Positions 9,980 to 19,553 are shown, counted from the first letter of the stretch. The stretch is DNA of 33,460 bases from Candidatus Hydrogenedentota bacterium (GCA_016934125.1 JAFGTL010000389.1:1-33460); one strand, 5' to 3'. Numbers and translations are program-made. The notes: a model not told the origin generated them from the letters alone.

Positions 9980-10378
9980 GTGGCGAACGAGAGGCGGAAA
10001 GCGAAGGGCAAGAAGCGGCGTACCGTTCTGAACGTGACTTCAGGCGTTGCGCACGTGCAGGCCACGTTCAACAACACCATTGTCTCTATCACGGACAGCC
10101 AGGGCAACGTTATCTCTTGGTCGAGCGCGGGGCAGGTCGGGTTTGTCGGTTCCCGCAAGAGCACGGCGTTTGCAGCACAGGTCGCTGCCGAGGCGGCCGC
10201 CAAGAAGGCGATTGAGGTCGGCATGAAGGAAGTGCGCGTCCACGTGAACGGGCCGGGGTCCGGCCGCGAGTCGGCCATCCGCGCCATCCAGGCGGCGGGC
10301 CTCGATGTCACCCTCATCAAGGACGTCACCAGCATTCCGCACAACGGGTGTCGGCCACCGAAGCGTCGGCGGGTATAG
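9980..10378 (+). CDS. rpsK: 30S ribosomal protein S11
   Basis: GTG start, 132 aa. [30 protein letters not shown]...[16 protein letters not shown] is a typical S11 sequence. Confidence 0.97.
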   Translation: MANERRKAKGKKRRTVLNVTSGVAHVQATFNNTIVSITDSQGNVISWSSAGQVGFVGSRKSTAFAAQVAAEAAAKKAIEVGMKEVRVHVNGPGSGRESAIRAIQAAGLDVTLIKDVTSIPHNGCRPPKRRRV

Positions 10379-10472
10379 GGGCGGACTCGGTCCTGCGGGC
10401 CGGGCCAGGCGCTCGACGCGGGACTGTCAGGGTGTGAAGTGTTTTGGGCCCACTGCCGGGAGGCTACAACGC

Positions 10473-11498
10473 ATGATTGCTACAGACTTTGTCATTCCGA
10501 AATGGGTGAAGATAGAAGAGGCCGATGCGGAGAACCGCGCCCGGTTTGTCGTAGAACCGTTCGAGCGGGGCTACGGCACCACCGTCGGTAATTCGTTGCG
10601 CCGCGTGCTGCTCTCTTCACTCGATGGATCCGCGGTTACGGCCATCCGTATCGAGGGCGTCCAGCACGAATTCTCGGCCATCCCGGGCGTGAAGGAGGAC
10701 GTGACTGACATCGTCCTCAACTTCAAGCAGTGCCAGATCCGGCTCAATCGCGACGAGCCCATCATCTTCTCGTTCAAACACAAAGGCCAGGGCGAGGTCA
10801 CGGCCGGCGAGGTCTTCAAAGAGGAAGACATCGACGTGTTCAACCCCGATCAGCTCATCTATACGTCCACCTCGAGTTCCACAACCATCGAGATGGAGAT
10901 CAAGGTGGCCCGGGGCCGCGGCTACGTCACCGCGGAGAATTTCGAACTCGAGCACGCGCCCATCGGCACCATCTACCTCGACGCGAGCTTCTCGCCCGTG
11001 ACCCGCGTGAATTTCATGGTCGAGGACGCCCGCGTCGGGCAGATGACGGATTATGACCGCCTGATCCTCGACGTCTGGACGAACGGATCGATCACGCCGG
11101 AGGCGGCCGTGCAGGAGAGCTCGAACCTCCTTATGGACCACCTCAAGATTTTCGTCCAGCAGCGGCAGGAGGATGAGGAGTCCGAGGCGGCGGGAGGCGC
11201 GGAAGACCCCGAACTGATGCGCACCTTGAACCGCCCCGTCGAAGAACTGGAACTGAGCGTGCGCGCCGCCAACTGCCTGAAGGCCGGCAATATCCGAACC
11301 ATCGGCGACCTCGTCGTGCGCACCGAAGCGGAGATGCTGAGGTTCCACAACTTCGGCAAGAAGTCTCTCGACGAGATCAAGGCCATCCTCGAATCCCTCA
11401 ACCTGTCCCTGGGCATGAACGTCGGCGTGCGCCCGAGCGAGGCGCTGCAGGAGGCCCAGGCGGAGCCGGAAGACGACGTAGACGACGAGGAAGAATAG
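10473..11498 (+). CDS. rpoA: DNA-directed RNA polymerase alpha subunit
   Basis: Internal ATG of the 10305 [52 protein letters not shown] is the alpha N-terminal domain. A C-terminal domain follows ([23 protein letters not shown]) with an acidic tail. Only 94 nt separate it from rpsK, so rpsD is absent here. Confidence 0.95.
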   Translation: MIATDFVIPKWVKIEEADAENRARFVVEPFERGYGTTVGNSLRRVLLSSLDGSAVTAIRIEGVQHEFSAIPGVKEDVTDIVLNFKQCQIRLNRDEPIIFSFKHKGQGEVTAGEVFKEEDIDVFNPDQLIYTSTSSSTTIEMEIKVARGRGYVTAENFELEHAPIGTIYLDASFSPVTRVNFMVEDARVGQMTDYDRLILDVWTNGSITPEAAVQESSNLLMDHLKIFVQQRQEDEESEAAGGAEDPELMRTLNRPVEELELSVRAANCLKAGNIRTIGDLVVRTEAEMLRFHNFGKKSLDEIKAILESLNLSLGMNVGVRPSEALQEAQAEPEDDVDDEEE

Positions 11499-11549
11499 CG
11501 GCGAACACGCAAACGGCGTAGACGCGCAACCGATAGAGGATTTGGATCC

Positions 11550-11924
11550 ATGAGGCACCGGAAATCTGGAAGACGGCTTGGCCGAACCACCAGCCATCGC
11601 AAGGCGACTATGAAAAGCCTTGCTCTGGCGTTGTTTACGCATAACGCGATTCAGACGACGCTGGCGAAATCGAAGGAACTGCGCGGATTCGCCGAACCGC
11701 TCATCACCCTGGCGAAGGAAGACAACGTCGCCAACCGGCGGCAGGCATTCGCCGCCCTGCGGGACAACGCCGCCGTGCACCGGCTGTTCACCGAGATCGC
11801 ACCCAGCTACGCGGATCGCCCCGGCGGATACACGCGTATCCTCAAGCTGGGCATGCGCCACGGCGACGCGTCCCCGATGGCGCGTATCGAACTGGTTGGC
11901 CTCGGCGAGCACGAGGAGGCTTAG
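11550..11924 (+). CDS. rplQ: 50S ribosomal protein L17
   Basis: 124 aa. [31 protein letters not shown]...[10 protein letters not shown] is a typical L17 sequence. Confidence 0.95.
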   Translation: MRHRKSGRRLGRTTSHRKATMKSLALALFTHNAIQTTLAKSKELRGFAEPLITLAKEDNVANRRQAFAALRDNAAVHRLFTEIAPSYADRPGGYTRILKLGMRHGDASPMARIELVGLGEHEEA

Positions 11925-11947
11925 TCCCGCCCCAGCCCCGTCGACAA

Positions 11948-11985
11948 CCGGCGCGTTCCACCCGGTGGAGCGCGCCGGCTTTTTG
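11948..11985 (+). terminator. Rho-independent terminator closing the ribosomal super-operon
   Basis: Stem CCGGCGCG (11948-11955) pairs with CGCGCCGG (11971-11978) across a 15-nt loop, followed by CTTTTTG. It lies 24 nt after the rplQ stop. Confidence 0.7.
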
Positions 11986-12008
11986 TGCCCGCCCGGCGGC
12001 CGGGCGGC

Positions 12009-12037
12009 TTGCAGTGTCGGGCGGCATGCGGTAGCAT
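12009..12037 (+). promoter_or_regulatory. Sigma70-like promoter candidate for the DUF1080 gene
   Basis: TTGCAG (12009-12014), 17-nt spacer, TAGCAT (12032-12037). It lies about 100 nt upstream of the ATG at 12141. Pattern match only. Confidence 0.3.
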
Positions 12038-12140
12038 GGGCACCCCGGGCGCGGTTCGGGCCGGCAAGAGGGCCTTGCGTGTTCTCGGGGAGTAGGTGCA
12101 GGCCAGGTGCGCTGTCCTGCGTGCAAGAGGAGGCAATGCC

Positions 12141-12827
12141 ATGGGGCGAATAGTGGGACTGGTGATGATTGGCGTGGTGGCCCTGGCGGCCGCGTCCTGG
12201 GCTGCCGATGAGGCGGGCGCTGAGCAGAGCGCTGCAGACGAGGCGAAGAAGATCGCCCTGTTCAACGGGACGGACTTCACCGGCTGGAAGTTGTTCTCGC
12301 CGGACGAGAACGCGGACTTGGCCCAGACCTGGAGCGTGAAGGACGGTGTCGTGCACTGCACGGGGAGCCCCGCCGGCTACATGCGTACGACGAGGCAATA
12401 CGAGAATTACCGGCTGACATGGGAATGGCGCTGGACGGGCGAAGGCGGAAACAGCGGGTGCCTGCTTCACCTGTCCGAGCCGGACAAAGTCTGGCCGAAG
12501 AGCATCGAGTGCCAGCTCATGAGCACGAATGCGGCCGATTTCTGGTTGATCGACGGCACGGACTTCAAGGAGCACACCAACAAGGAAGATCGCCGCGTGC
12601 CCAAGATGCACGAGCACAACGAGAAAGAGCTCGGCAAGTGGAACAAGGGCATGGCCGTGTGCGAGGGGGACACCATCAAGCTGTACATCAACGGCTTGTT
12701 GCAGAACCAGGCCACCGAGGCGACCGTCACGAAGGGGTACATCGCGTTCCAGAGCGAGGGCGCGCCCATCGAGTTCCGCAAGATCATCCTCGAGCCCCTC
12801 GAGGGCGGCGGGCCCGTCAAGGAATAG
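12141..12827 (+). CDS. Secreted DUF1080 (3-keto-disaccharide hydrolase-like, concanavalin-type) domain protein
   Basis: I start at the ATG that gives a signal-peptide-like N-terminus, MGRIVGLVMIGVVALAAASWAADEA. FNGTDFTGWK...WSVKDGVVHCTG..GYMRT...YENYRLTWEWRW...NSGCLLH...IECQL...GYIAFQSEGAPIEFRKI matches the DUF1080 pattern as I remember it. Confidence 0.8.
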   Translation: MGRIVGLVMIGVVALAAASWAADEAGAEQSAADEAKKIALFNGTDFTGWKLFSPDENADLAQTWSVKDGVVHCTGSPAGYMRTTRQYENYRLTWEWRWTGEGGNSGCLLHLSEPDKVWPKSIECQLMSTNAADFWLIDGTDFKEHTNKEDRRVPKMHEHNEKELGKWNKGMAVCEGDTIKLYINGLLQNQATEATVTKGYIAFQSEGAPIEFRKIILEPLEGGGPVKE

Positions 12828-12854
12828 GGTTGCCGCCGGCAACGTGAGCTACGG

Positions 12855-12887
12855 CGCGGGGAGTGCGTAGCCAGCGTGCTCCCCGCG
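12855..12887. terminator. GC-rich hairpin between convergent genes (possible bidirectional terminator, no clear U-tract)
   Basis: CGCGGGGAG (12855-12863) pairs with CTCCCCGCG (12879-12887) across a 15-nt loop. A smaller hairpin, GTTGCCgccGGCAAC, lies at 12829-12843. Both sit between the DUF1080 stop (12827) and the oxidoreductase stop (12923). Confidence 0.3.
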
Positions 12888-12922
12888 GCTCATTCTGGCG
12901 AGGCCCCGATGGGCTTGCCTCC

Positions 12923-14098
12923 TCAGGCGGGCGCATCCCCCCAGTCGGGCACCTCGAGCACCTCGCCGTCGCGCGCGGCCGATTTGTGGGCCGTCACCCC
13001 GGCGGCCATGTAGCGGGCCGCATCCCACGCACTCACGGCCGGCGTCCGTTCGCGGGCGATGGCGTCGACGAATTCGTGCACCAGGAATGCGTGCGAGCCG
13101 CCGTGCCCGCCGTACACGTCCCGGGCGCCGTCCAACCCGGCCCGAAACGCCTCCTCGACCTCCGGCGGCAGCGGATCGCGCATGTCGTCTACCGAGAGCG
13201 GCGTGCGGGCCGCCTTGTCCACCCAGGCGTCCTCGCGGAAGGTGCCCTCGGTGCCGAACACGCGAAACGTCTCCGAACCGGTGTGCCCCACCTCGCGGTA
13301 TTCGCTGATCCGCATCGTAGCGCCGTTGCTCAGGTGAAACAGGGCCGTCTCGTCGCTGAACAGCGTGTCCTCGAAGTACGCGTCCTGCGCGGCGGGCCCG
13401 AATCCCCACGCGCACACCTTGACCGCGTAGGCCTTCATGACGTTCAGCGGGCCCGACACCGAATGCGTCGGGTAATGCATGGGGCTGCTCAACACGCCGC
13501 GGTCGCGATAGGCCCGGGCGATGGCGATCCACTCCTGGCCCGCCCGGCTTGCCAGCCGCCGCTTCCGCACATCGCGGAGATCGCACCCCGGCGAATCGAA
13601 GGGATGGTAGTACTCGCCCTCCGCGTGAACGAACGCGCCGAAGGCCCCCTCGCCGGCCCGGCGCCGGCAATACATGGCCTCGGGCCGATACACCGTGGTC
13701 TCGCCGAGCATGTAGTGCCTCCCTGTGCGCTGGCAGGCGGCGATGACTTTGTCGCACCACTCGAGGATCTCGTCGCCATCGGGCAAGTAAGTCAGCGGCA
13801 CCGCGCTGTACACATGTTTGCCCGACTCCATGGCCTGAATGGCCTGCGGGGCGTGGAGCCACGGCTGCGTGATGATGACGAGCGCATCGAGATCCGCCTT
13901 GCAGATGTCATCCAGCGTGTCGTACGCATCCTTCGGACTGAACTTGTCCTGAAACGACGGCCGATCCGCGAACTCCCGGATCCGCTCCGGCTCGCGATCG
14001 CACAGGGCGATGCGATCCACGAGCGGGTGGCTCTTGAAGAGCGGAGCGAACGACGAGCCGAACGAGCCGAGTCCTACCAGGCCGAGAGAGAGTCCCAT
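12923..14098 (-). CDS. Gfo/Idh/MocA-family NAD(P)-dependent oxidoreductase
   Basis: The start at MGLSLGLVGLGSFGSSFAPLF gives a Rossmann GxGxxG at the N-terminus and is preceded by GGAAGGAA. The overall layout is typical of the family. The upstream 20 codons of the ORF are Arg-rich and lack an RBS. Confidence 0.8.
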   Translation of the reverse strand: MGLSLGLVGLGSFGSSFAPLFKSHPLVDRIALCDREPERIREFADRPSFQDKFSPKDAYDTLDDICKADLDALVIITQPWLHAPQAIQAMESGKHVYSAVPLTYLPDGDEILEWCDKVIAACQRTGRHYMLGETTVYRPEAMYCRRRAGEGAFGAFVHAEGEYYHPFDSPGCDLRDVRKRRLASRAGQEWIAIARAYRDRGVLSSPMHYPTHSVSGPLNVMKAYAVKVCAWGFGPAAQDAYFEDTLFSDETALFHLSNGATMRISEYREVGHTGSETFRVFGTEGTFREDAWVDKAARTPLSVDDMRDPLPPEVEEAFRAGLDGARDVYGGHGGSHAFLVHEFVDAIARERTPAVSAWDAARYMAAGVTAHKSAARDGEVLEVPDWGDAPA

Positions 14099-14135
14099 AC
14101 CAGTTCCTTCCGTTGAGCCGCGGCGCCGCGGCCGC

Positions 14136-14924
14136 CTATGCCGGCAGGCGCCGGACAATGGCGATGGGCCGGTTCGTGGGCTCCTCGCCGTCCAGCGTCT
14201 GGTTGAAATCCCAGTTGTTCCACCAGCCCACGAACTCGAAATCGGGCCGTGCGGCCATCATGGCGAGAAATTCCTGGGGATAGACGGCCCGTTTCACGCA
14301 GCGCTGCTCGATGGTGCGCTGGCGCTCGCCCTCGCTCACCTGCACCATCACCGTCTCCCGGTAGGTTTGTTCGACGCGATTCAAGCGGTTGGTGATGTAC
14401 GTCACCCGCAGGTGGACGCCGTCGCGATCCACTTCCCAGGTGTCCCAGATGTCCGTGTGTGGATCGAAGTCGATGCACCAGTCCAGGAAATAGAGGCCCC
14501 CGGGCCGCAAGGCCCGTCCCACCGAATCGAAATGCGACACGAGTTCCCGCGTGTTCGTCACGTACAGCGATCCGAGCAGGATACACGCGAAATCCACCGG
14601 CGGCTCGAACACAAACCGGCTCATGTCCCCCCGGAGGATGCGCGCACCGGGCCCGAGGGCGGCCGCCTTGCGTGTTGCGTACTCCACCATGGCGGGATTG
14701 AGATCGAGGCCGGTGTACTCGTAGCCTCGGGCCACGAACTCGGCCAGGTGCGGGCAACTGCCGCAGCCCAGCTCGAGCACGCGGCGCACCTCGATGCGCG
14801 AGAACTGCCGGATGGCCTCCTGGATGATGTCCACCTCCGCGGCGAAGTCGCGGAACGAGAACGCCAAGTCGTAATACGCCGGCTCATCGTACAGATCGGG
14901 CAACGGAACAGTCTCCTCGCGCAT
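14136..14924 (-). CDS. Class I SAM-dependent methyltransferase (substrate unknown)
   Basis: 262 aa. Motif I is VLELGCGSCPHL, followed by YTGLDLNPAMV, an acidic post-II region and RALRPGGLYFLDW. It lies 37 nt upstream of the oxidoreductase and 37 nt downstream of the toxin gene, all on the same strand. Confidence 0.8.
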   Translation of the reverse strand: MREETVPLPDLYDEPAYYDLAFSFRDFAAEVDIIQEAIRQFSRIEVRRVLELGCGSCPHLAEFVARGYEYTGLDLNPAMVEYATRKAAALGPGARILRGDMSRFVFEPPVDFACILLGSLYVTNTRELVSHFDSVGRALRPGGLYFLDWCIDFDPHTDIWDTWEVDRDGVHLRVTYITNRLNRVEQTYRETVMVQVSEGERQRTIEQRCVKRAVYPQEFLAMMAARPDFEFVGWWNNWDFNQTLDGEEPTNRPIAIVRRLPA

Positions 14925-14961
14925 CTTTCGGCCAGCTCAACCGCGAGCCGACAAAGGACCC

Positions 14962-15276
14962 CTACTCCTTTTCCTCACGCAGTTCCAGCAGATACGCTCG
15001 CAGCAGTTGCTCGGAACGCATGACATACAGAATGTACACGTTGTCCTTCTCGAGTCGATAGAACACCCGGCAAGGGGGGACTACGATCTCGCGGTAGTGC
15101 GTACGCGTCAGCTCGGGCGGGCGCTTCCCGGATCTCGGATGGGCCTCAAGTCGCTTCGCCGTGTCGAACACCCTCCGGACGAAACGCGATGCGGCCCGGG
15201 GATTGTCAAGTGCAATGTACTCCGCGATCGCGTCCAGATCGGCCAAGGCAGGCTCCGTCCAAATCAGACGAGCCAT
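14962..15276 (-). CDS. parE: Type II toxin, ParE/RelE family
   Basis: 104 aa. WTEPALADLDAIAEYIALDNPRAASRFVRRVFDTAKRLEAHPRSGK...REIVVPPCRVFYRLEKDNVYILYVMRSEQ is a typical ParE-type fold signature. It overlaps the upstream antitoxin gene by 13 nt. Confidence 0.85.
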   Translation of the reverse strand: MARLIWTEPALADLDAIAEYIALDNPRAASRFVRRVFDTAKRLEAHPRSGKRPPELTRTHYREIVVPPCRVFYRLEKDNVYILYVMRSEQLLRAYLLELREEKE

Positions 15277-15521
15277 TTCTTCATCTTCTCTCGGGCTTCG
15301 GCTTGCGAGAAGGTGCGGTTTTCAAGTATGGCGCGCTCGCCGCGCGCAATGCCCTCGAGGATCCGTATCCTGTGTTGCATCAACTCGTAGGAGTCCACGT
15401 CAACCAGGTAGGCCGCCGGCTTGCCATGTTCAGTAATGAGAACGGGTTCCCCGGAATCCCGCAAATCGGACAGCAGCCGCGTCGCCTGTCTTTTCAGGGT
15501 AGTCACCAGTTCAGTCTTCAT
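15264..15521 (-). CDS. Type II antitoxin, Phd/YefM family
   Basis: 85 aa. LKRQATRLLSDLRDSGEPVLITEHGKPAAYLVDVDSYELMQHRIRILE is the Phd/YefM N-terminal domain. It lies immediately upstream of, and overlaps, the toxin gene. Confidence 0.85.
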   Translation of the reverse strand: MKTELVTTLKRQATRLLSDLRDSGEPVLITEHGKPAAYLVDVDSYELMQHRIRILEGIARGERAILENRTFSQAEAREKMKKWLV

Positions 15522-15528
15522 GCAAAAA

Positions 15529-15556
15529 TGATACTATAGTGATACTTTCTCGTCAA
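15529..15556 (-). promoter_or_regulatory. Candidate promoter and operator of the phd-parE operon
   Basis: This patch is AT-rich in a GC-rich genome. The minus strand reads TTGACG (15556-15551), 17 nt, TATCAT, then 6 nt to the ATG, so the transcript would be near-leaderless. The direct repeat TGATACT occurs twice on the + strand (15529-15535 and 15540-15546), 11 bp apart, covering the -10 region. That is a plausible antitoxin binding site. Confidence 0.35.
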
Positions 15557-15565
15557 GTCGTCCGG

Positions 15566-15595
15566 TTTAACCCGCAAGCCTGGATCGAGTATAAA
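15566..15595 (+). promoter_or_regulatory. Sigma70-like promoter candidate for the amidohydrolase gene (divergent from the TA promoter)
   Basis: TTTAAC (15566-15571), 18-nt spacer, TATAAA (15590-15595), about 50 nt upstream of the ATG at 15646. Pattern match only. Confidence 0.3.
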
Positions 15596-15645
15596 GGGGC
15601 TCTGTTCTCGGTTTGGGCCGGGGCCAACGAAGAGGGATTCCGCTC

Positions 15646-16527
15646 ATGTTCATCGACATTCACGTCCACGTCCGCAAACGCCCGGGCGCGAAGCGAAGAG
15701 GCAAACAGGCCTACGCCACCCCGGAACACCTCATCGAGCGATACGATGCCATCGGCGTCGAGCAGGCCGTGCTCCTGCCCGGCGTGAACCCCGAGTGCAG
15801 CTACACGCCCCAGTCCAACGAGGAGGTGCTCGAGATCTGCGAGGCCTATCCCGGGCGCTTCATCCCCTTCTGCAACCTCGACCCCCGCGCCATGACGAAC
15901 TCGGCCGACGCCCCGCTCGGCGACATCCTCAGCCACTACCGCGACTGCGGCTGCAAAGGCATTGGCGAGGTGGCCGCCAACCTCCCCTTCCTGCACCCCC
16001 TGGTGCAGAATCTGTTCAAGCACGTCGAGGCCGTCGGCTTCCCATTGACCTTCCACATCGGCTGGCGCATCGGCGGCGTGTACGGCCTGTACGACGATCC
16101 CGGCCTGCCCCAGCTCGAACACAGCCTGGCCGTGTTCCCCAACCTGCGGTTCCTGGGGCATTCCCAGGCCTTCTGGGCCGAGATGGCGCCCCTCGAAACC
16201 CCCGGCGACCGCCGCGGCTATCCGCCCTATCCCGTGGCAACCGAGGGCGTCGTGCCCCGCCTCATGCGCCGCTACCCGAACCTCTACGGCGATCTCTCGG
16301 CCGGGAGCGGCTGTAACGCCCTCAGCCGCGATCCGGAATACGCCGTGCGGTTCCTCGACGAGTTTCAGGATCGCCTCCTTTTCGGCACCGACATCTGCGC
16401 CCCCGACACCCCGACGCCCCTCGTCGACTTCCTGCTCGAACTCCGCGAGTCGGGCCGGATCTCGGAGGCCGTGTTCAACAAGATCGCCCGGGAGAACGCC
16501 GTGAAGCTGCTCGGGCTGGACGGCTGA
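15646..16527 (+). CDS. Metal-dependent amidohydrolase-superfamily (TIM-barrel) hydrolase
   Basis: The start at MFIDIHVHV places the HxH metal motif at the N-terminus, as is typical for amidohydrolase_2-type proteins. Later motifs are FHIG, GHSQ and LFGTDI (Asp near the C-terminus). The substrate is unknown. Confidence 0.75.
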   Translation: MFIDIHVHVRKRPGAKRRGKQAYATPEHLIERYDAIGVEQAVLLPGVNPECSYTPQSNEEVLEICEAYPGRFIPFCNLDPRAMTNSADAPLGDILSHYRDCGCKGIGEVAANLPFLHPLVQNLFKHVEAVGFPLTFHIGWRIGGVYGLYDDPGLPQLEHSLAVFPNLRFLGHSQAFWAEMAPLETPGDRRGYPPYPVATEGVVPRLMRRYPNLYGDLSAGSGCNALSRDPEYAVRFLDEFQDRLLFGTDICAPDTPTPLVDFLLELRESGRISEAVFNKIARENAVKLLGLDG

Positions 16528-16685
16528 CCGCGCGCACCCGCTCGGCTGCCCCCGCCGGAATCGGCTGGCATCCCGTCGCGGAATTCAGTATGATACCGGG
16601 CTGTTCCAGAAGGTGTCTGTGTATGACTCCGAGTCCGGGCCGAGTTTCTATAACTTATTGTATTGAAAGGCGTTAGTGCCGCCCA

Positions 16686-19538
16686 ATGCCCCCGAAGAAC
16701 ACCGTCAGCCACGACGCCATCGTCATCAAAGGCGCCCGCGAACACAACCTCGACAATCTCACGCTCAGCATCCCGCGTAATCAACTTGTGGTGATCACCG
16801 GGTTGAGCGGCTCGGGCAAGTCGAGCCTCGCCTTCGACACCATCTACGCGGAAGGGCAGCGGCGCTACGTCGAGAGCCTGTCGGCCTACGCCCGCCAGTT
16901 CCTCGAACAGATGGAGAAACCCGACGTCGACTACATCGAAGGCCTGAGCCCGGCCATCTCCATCGAGCAGAAGACCACCCATCGCAACCCCCGATCCACG
17001 GTAGGCACGGTGACGGAGATCTACGATTACCTCCGGCTCCTCTTCGCCCGCATCGGCCTGCCCCATTGCTACAAGTGCGGCAAGCCGATCCAGTCGCAGA
17101 CGCCCCAGTCCATCGTCGACTCGATCCTCGCATTGCCCGAGGGCACGCGCATCCAATTGCTCGCGCCCATCATCCGCCAGCGCAAGGGCACCTACCAGAA
17201 GGTGTTCGACGACGTGAAACTGCGCGGGTTCGTCCGCGTCCGCGTGGACGGCGAGTTCCGCAGCCTCGACGAGGCCATCCAGCTCGAACGCTACGTCAAA
17301 CACGACATCGACGTCGTGGTCGATAGGCTTGTCGTCAAGCCCGACATCCGCCGCCGCCTCACCGATTCCGTCGAAACCTGCCTCAAACTCGCCGGCGGCA
17401 TCATCCGCGTCTGGCAGCAGTTCCCCGACAAATCCGTCGCCGAAGTCCTTCAAAGCGAGCACTTCGCCTGCGTCGATTGCGGCATCAGCTTCGAAGAACT
17501 CAGCCCCCGCATGTTCTCGTTCAACAACCCCCACGGGGCCTGCCCGGAGTGCACCGGGCTCGGCACCACCATCGAGGTCGATCCCGATCTCGTCGTGCCC
17601 GATCCTGCCCTCTCCATTGGCGACGGGGCCGTGCGGCCCTGGAGCATGCGGCGGGTGCTCGACAGCATGTATAGGCGCGCGCTGCGTTCGGTGTGCGCCC
17701 ACTACGGCCAGAGCCCCGACGCCCCCTGGAACCAACTGCCCCAGGACTTCAAGGAGATCGTCCTGTACGGTTCGCAAGGCGCCCTCGTGGACTTCTCCTA
17801 TCAGAGCCGCCGCAGAACCGTCGAGATGCAGCGGCCCTTCGAGGGCGTGATCCCCAACCTCGCCCGCCGGTTCAAGGAAACCGACAGCCAGCGCGCCCGC
17901 GACATGATCAGCCAGTTCATGTCCACCAAACCGTGCCGATCCTGCGACGGCGCCCGGCTCCGCCCCGAGTCCCGCAGCGTAACCGTCGGCGGACGCACGG
18001 TGATGGACGTCGCGGCCCTGTCCATCGCCGAGGCGCTCGAGTTTTTCGCGGGGCTCAAGCTCACCCGCACGGAACGCACCATTGCCGAGCGCGTGCTGAA
18101 GGAGATCCGGGAGCGGCTCGGGTTCCTCGTCAACGTGGGCCTCGACTACCTCACGCTCGATCGCAATGCAGGCAGCCTGTCCGGGGGCGAATCGCAACGC
18201 ATCCGCCTCGCCACCCAGATCGGGTGCGGGCTCATGGGCGTGCTCTACATCCTCGACGAGCCCAGCATCGGACTCCACCAGCGCGACAACCAGAAGCTCA
18301 TCGACACGCTCAAGCGCATGCGCGATATCGGGAACACGGTGATCGTCGTCGAACACGACGAGGAAACCATCCGCACCGCCGACCACGTCATCGATCTCGG
18401 GCCCGGTGCGGGCGTGCACGGCGGCCGCGTGGTCGCCCAGGGCACGCCCGACGAGGTGATGAAGAATGGCGAGTCGTGGACAGGCAAGTTCCTTGCCGGC
18501 ACGTTCCGGATCGAACCCCCGGCCACGCGTCGCAAGCCGAACGGCAAGTCCATCATCATCCGGGGCGCCCAGCACCACAACCTCAAGAGCATCGATGTCG
18601 AGTTCCCCCTGGGCGTGTTCACGTGCATCACGGGCGTGTCCGGCTCCGGCAAGTCGAGCCTCGTCAACGAAACCCTGTTTCCCGCGGCCCTGCGGGCCGT
18701 CTACAACTCGCCCCGGGCCCGCCCCGGCAAGCACGACGGGATCGAGGGCCTCGAACACATCGACAAAGTCATCGACATCGATCAGTCCCCGATCGGCCGG
18801 ACACCCCGATCCAATCCGGCCACATACACGGGGCTGTTCGCGCCGCTCCGCGAGTTGTTCAGCCGCGTGCCCGAGGCGCGGGCCCGCGGCTACAAGCCCG
18901 GCCGGTTCAGCTTCAACGTGAAGGGCGGCCGCTGCGAGACGTGTGAAGGCGGGGGGATGATCAAGATCGAGATGCACTTCCTCCCCGACGTGTACGTCCC
19001 CTGCGAAGACTGCAAAGGCCAGCGGTACAACCGCGATACGCTCGAGATCCGCTTCAAAGGGAAGAACATCTACGAAGTGCTCGATATGACTGTCGAAGAA
19101 GCCTGCGACTTCTTCCGCGCGATTCCGGCCGTGGCTTCAAAGCTCAACACCCTCGCCGACGTGGGCCTGGGCTACATCAAGCTCGGCCAGGCCGCCACCA
19201 CCCTGTCCGGCGGCGAAGCCCAGCGCGTCAAACTCGCCACCGAGCTGGCCAAGCGCCAAACCGGCCGCACCCTCTACATCCTCGACGAACCCACCACCGG
19301 CCTGCACGCCGTGGACGTGGCCGGGCTGCTCGAGGTGCTCCACCGCCTCGTGGATTGCGGGAATACGGTGCTCGTGATTGAGCACAACCTCGATGTCGTC
19401 AAGACAGCCGACTGGATCATCGACCTCGGCCCCGAGGGCGGCGACAACGGCGGCCGGATCATCGCCCAGGGCCCGCCCAGCCGGATCTGCCGCTCCAAGC
19501 GATCGCATACCGGCAAGTACTTGAAGGACAAGATCTAG
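16686..19538 (+). CDS. uvrA: Excinuclease ABC subunit A
   Basis: 950 aa. [60 protein letters not shown] is present. There are two ABC modules ([34 protein letters not shown]) and Zn modules (CxxC pairs). Confidence 0.97.
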   Translation: MPPKNTVSHDAIVIKGAREHNLDNLTLSIPRNQLVVITGLSGSGKSSLAFDTIYAEGQRRYVESLSAYARQFLEQMEKPDVDYIEGLSPAISIEQKTTHRNPRSTVGTVTEIYDYLRLLFARIGLPHCYKCGKPIQSQTPQSIVDSILALPEGTRIQLLAPIIRQRKGTYQKVFDDVKLRGFVRVRVDGEFRSLDEAIQLERYVKHDIDVVVDRLVVKPDIRRRLTDSVETCLKLAGGIIRVWQQFPDKSVAEVLQSEHFACVDCGISFEELSPRMFSFNNPHGACPECTGLGTTIEVDPDLVVPDPALSIGDGAVRPWSMRRVLDSMYRRALRSVCAHYGQSPDAPWNQLPQDFKEIVLYGSQGALVDFSYQSRRRTVEMQRPFEGVIPNLARRFKETDSQRARDMISQFMSTKPCRSCDGARLRPESRSVTVGGRTVMDVAALSIAEALEFFAGLKLTRTERTIAERVLKEIRERLGFLVNVGLDYLTLDRNAGSLSGGESQRIRLATQIGCGLMGVLYILDEPSIGLHQRDNQKLIDTLKRMRDIGNTVIVVEHDEETIRTADHVIDLGPGAGVHGGRVVAQGTPDEVMKNGESWTGKFLAGTFRIEPPATRRKPNGKSIIIRGAQHHNLKSIDVEFPLGVFTCITGVSGSGKSSLVNETLFPAALRAVYNSPRARPGKHDGIEGLEHIDKVIDIDQSPIGRTPRSNPATYTGLFAPLRELFSRVPEARARGYKPGRFSFNVKGGRCETCEGGGMIKIEMHFLPDVYVPCEDCKGQRYNRDTLEIRFKGKNIYEVLDMTVEEACDFFRAIPAVASKLNTLADVGLGYIKLGQAATTLSGGEAQRVKLATELAKRQTGRTLYILDEPTTGLHAVDVAGLLEVLHRLVDCGNTVLVIEHNLDVVKTADWIIDLGPEGGDNGGRIIAQGPPSRICRSKRSHTGKYLKDKI

Positions 19539-19553
19539 CACCGCCGCGTGCGT

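Noticed and set aside
10617-12842. 741-aa ORF on the minus strand
   Set aside because: It is antisense to rpoA, rplQ and the DUF1080 gene and runs straight through the rplQ terminator. It has shadow-ORF composition and no recognisable domains.
12863-14116. 417-aa ORF on the plus strand
   Set aside because: It is antisense to the Gfo/Idh/MocA gene, which has a Rossmann motif and a good RBS. The plus-strand product is Arg/Pro/Gly/His-rich with no motifs.
12096-16527. Mobile element or genomic island between rplQ and uvrA
   Set aside because: The block looks accessory and contains a low-GC TA cassette. However, I found no integrase, transposase, tRNA attachment site or flanking direct or inverted repeats, so I do not call a mobile element.
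16528-16685. SOS/LexA operator upstream of uvrA
   Set aside because: I searched by eye for CTGT-N8-ACAG, GAAC-N4-GTTC and GTTC-N7-GTTC type boxes. I found only a near-miss (GTTCcagaaggTGTC) and a GTATGA direct repeat, with no convincing palindrome.
16365-18977. 870-aa ORF on the minus strand
   Set aside because: It is entirely antisense to uvrA, whose identity is unambiguous. The translation is a low-complexity G/A/D/R/H/P-rich string with no motif I recognise. Such long stop-free antisense frames are expected in GC-rich coding DNA.
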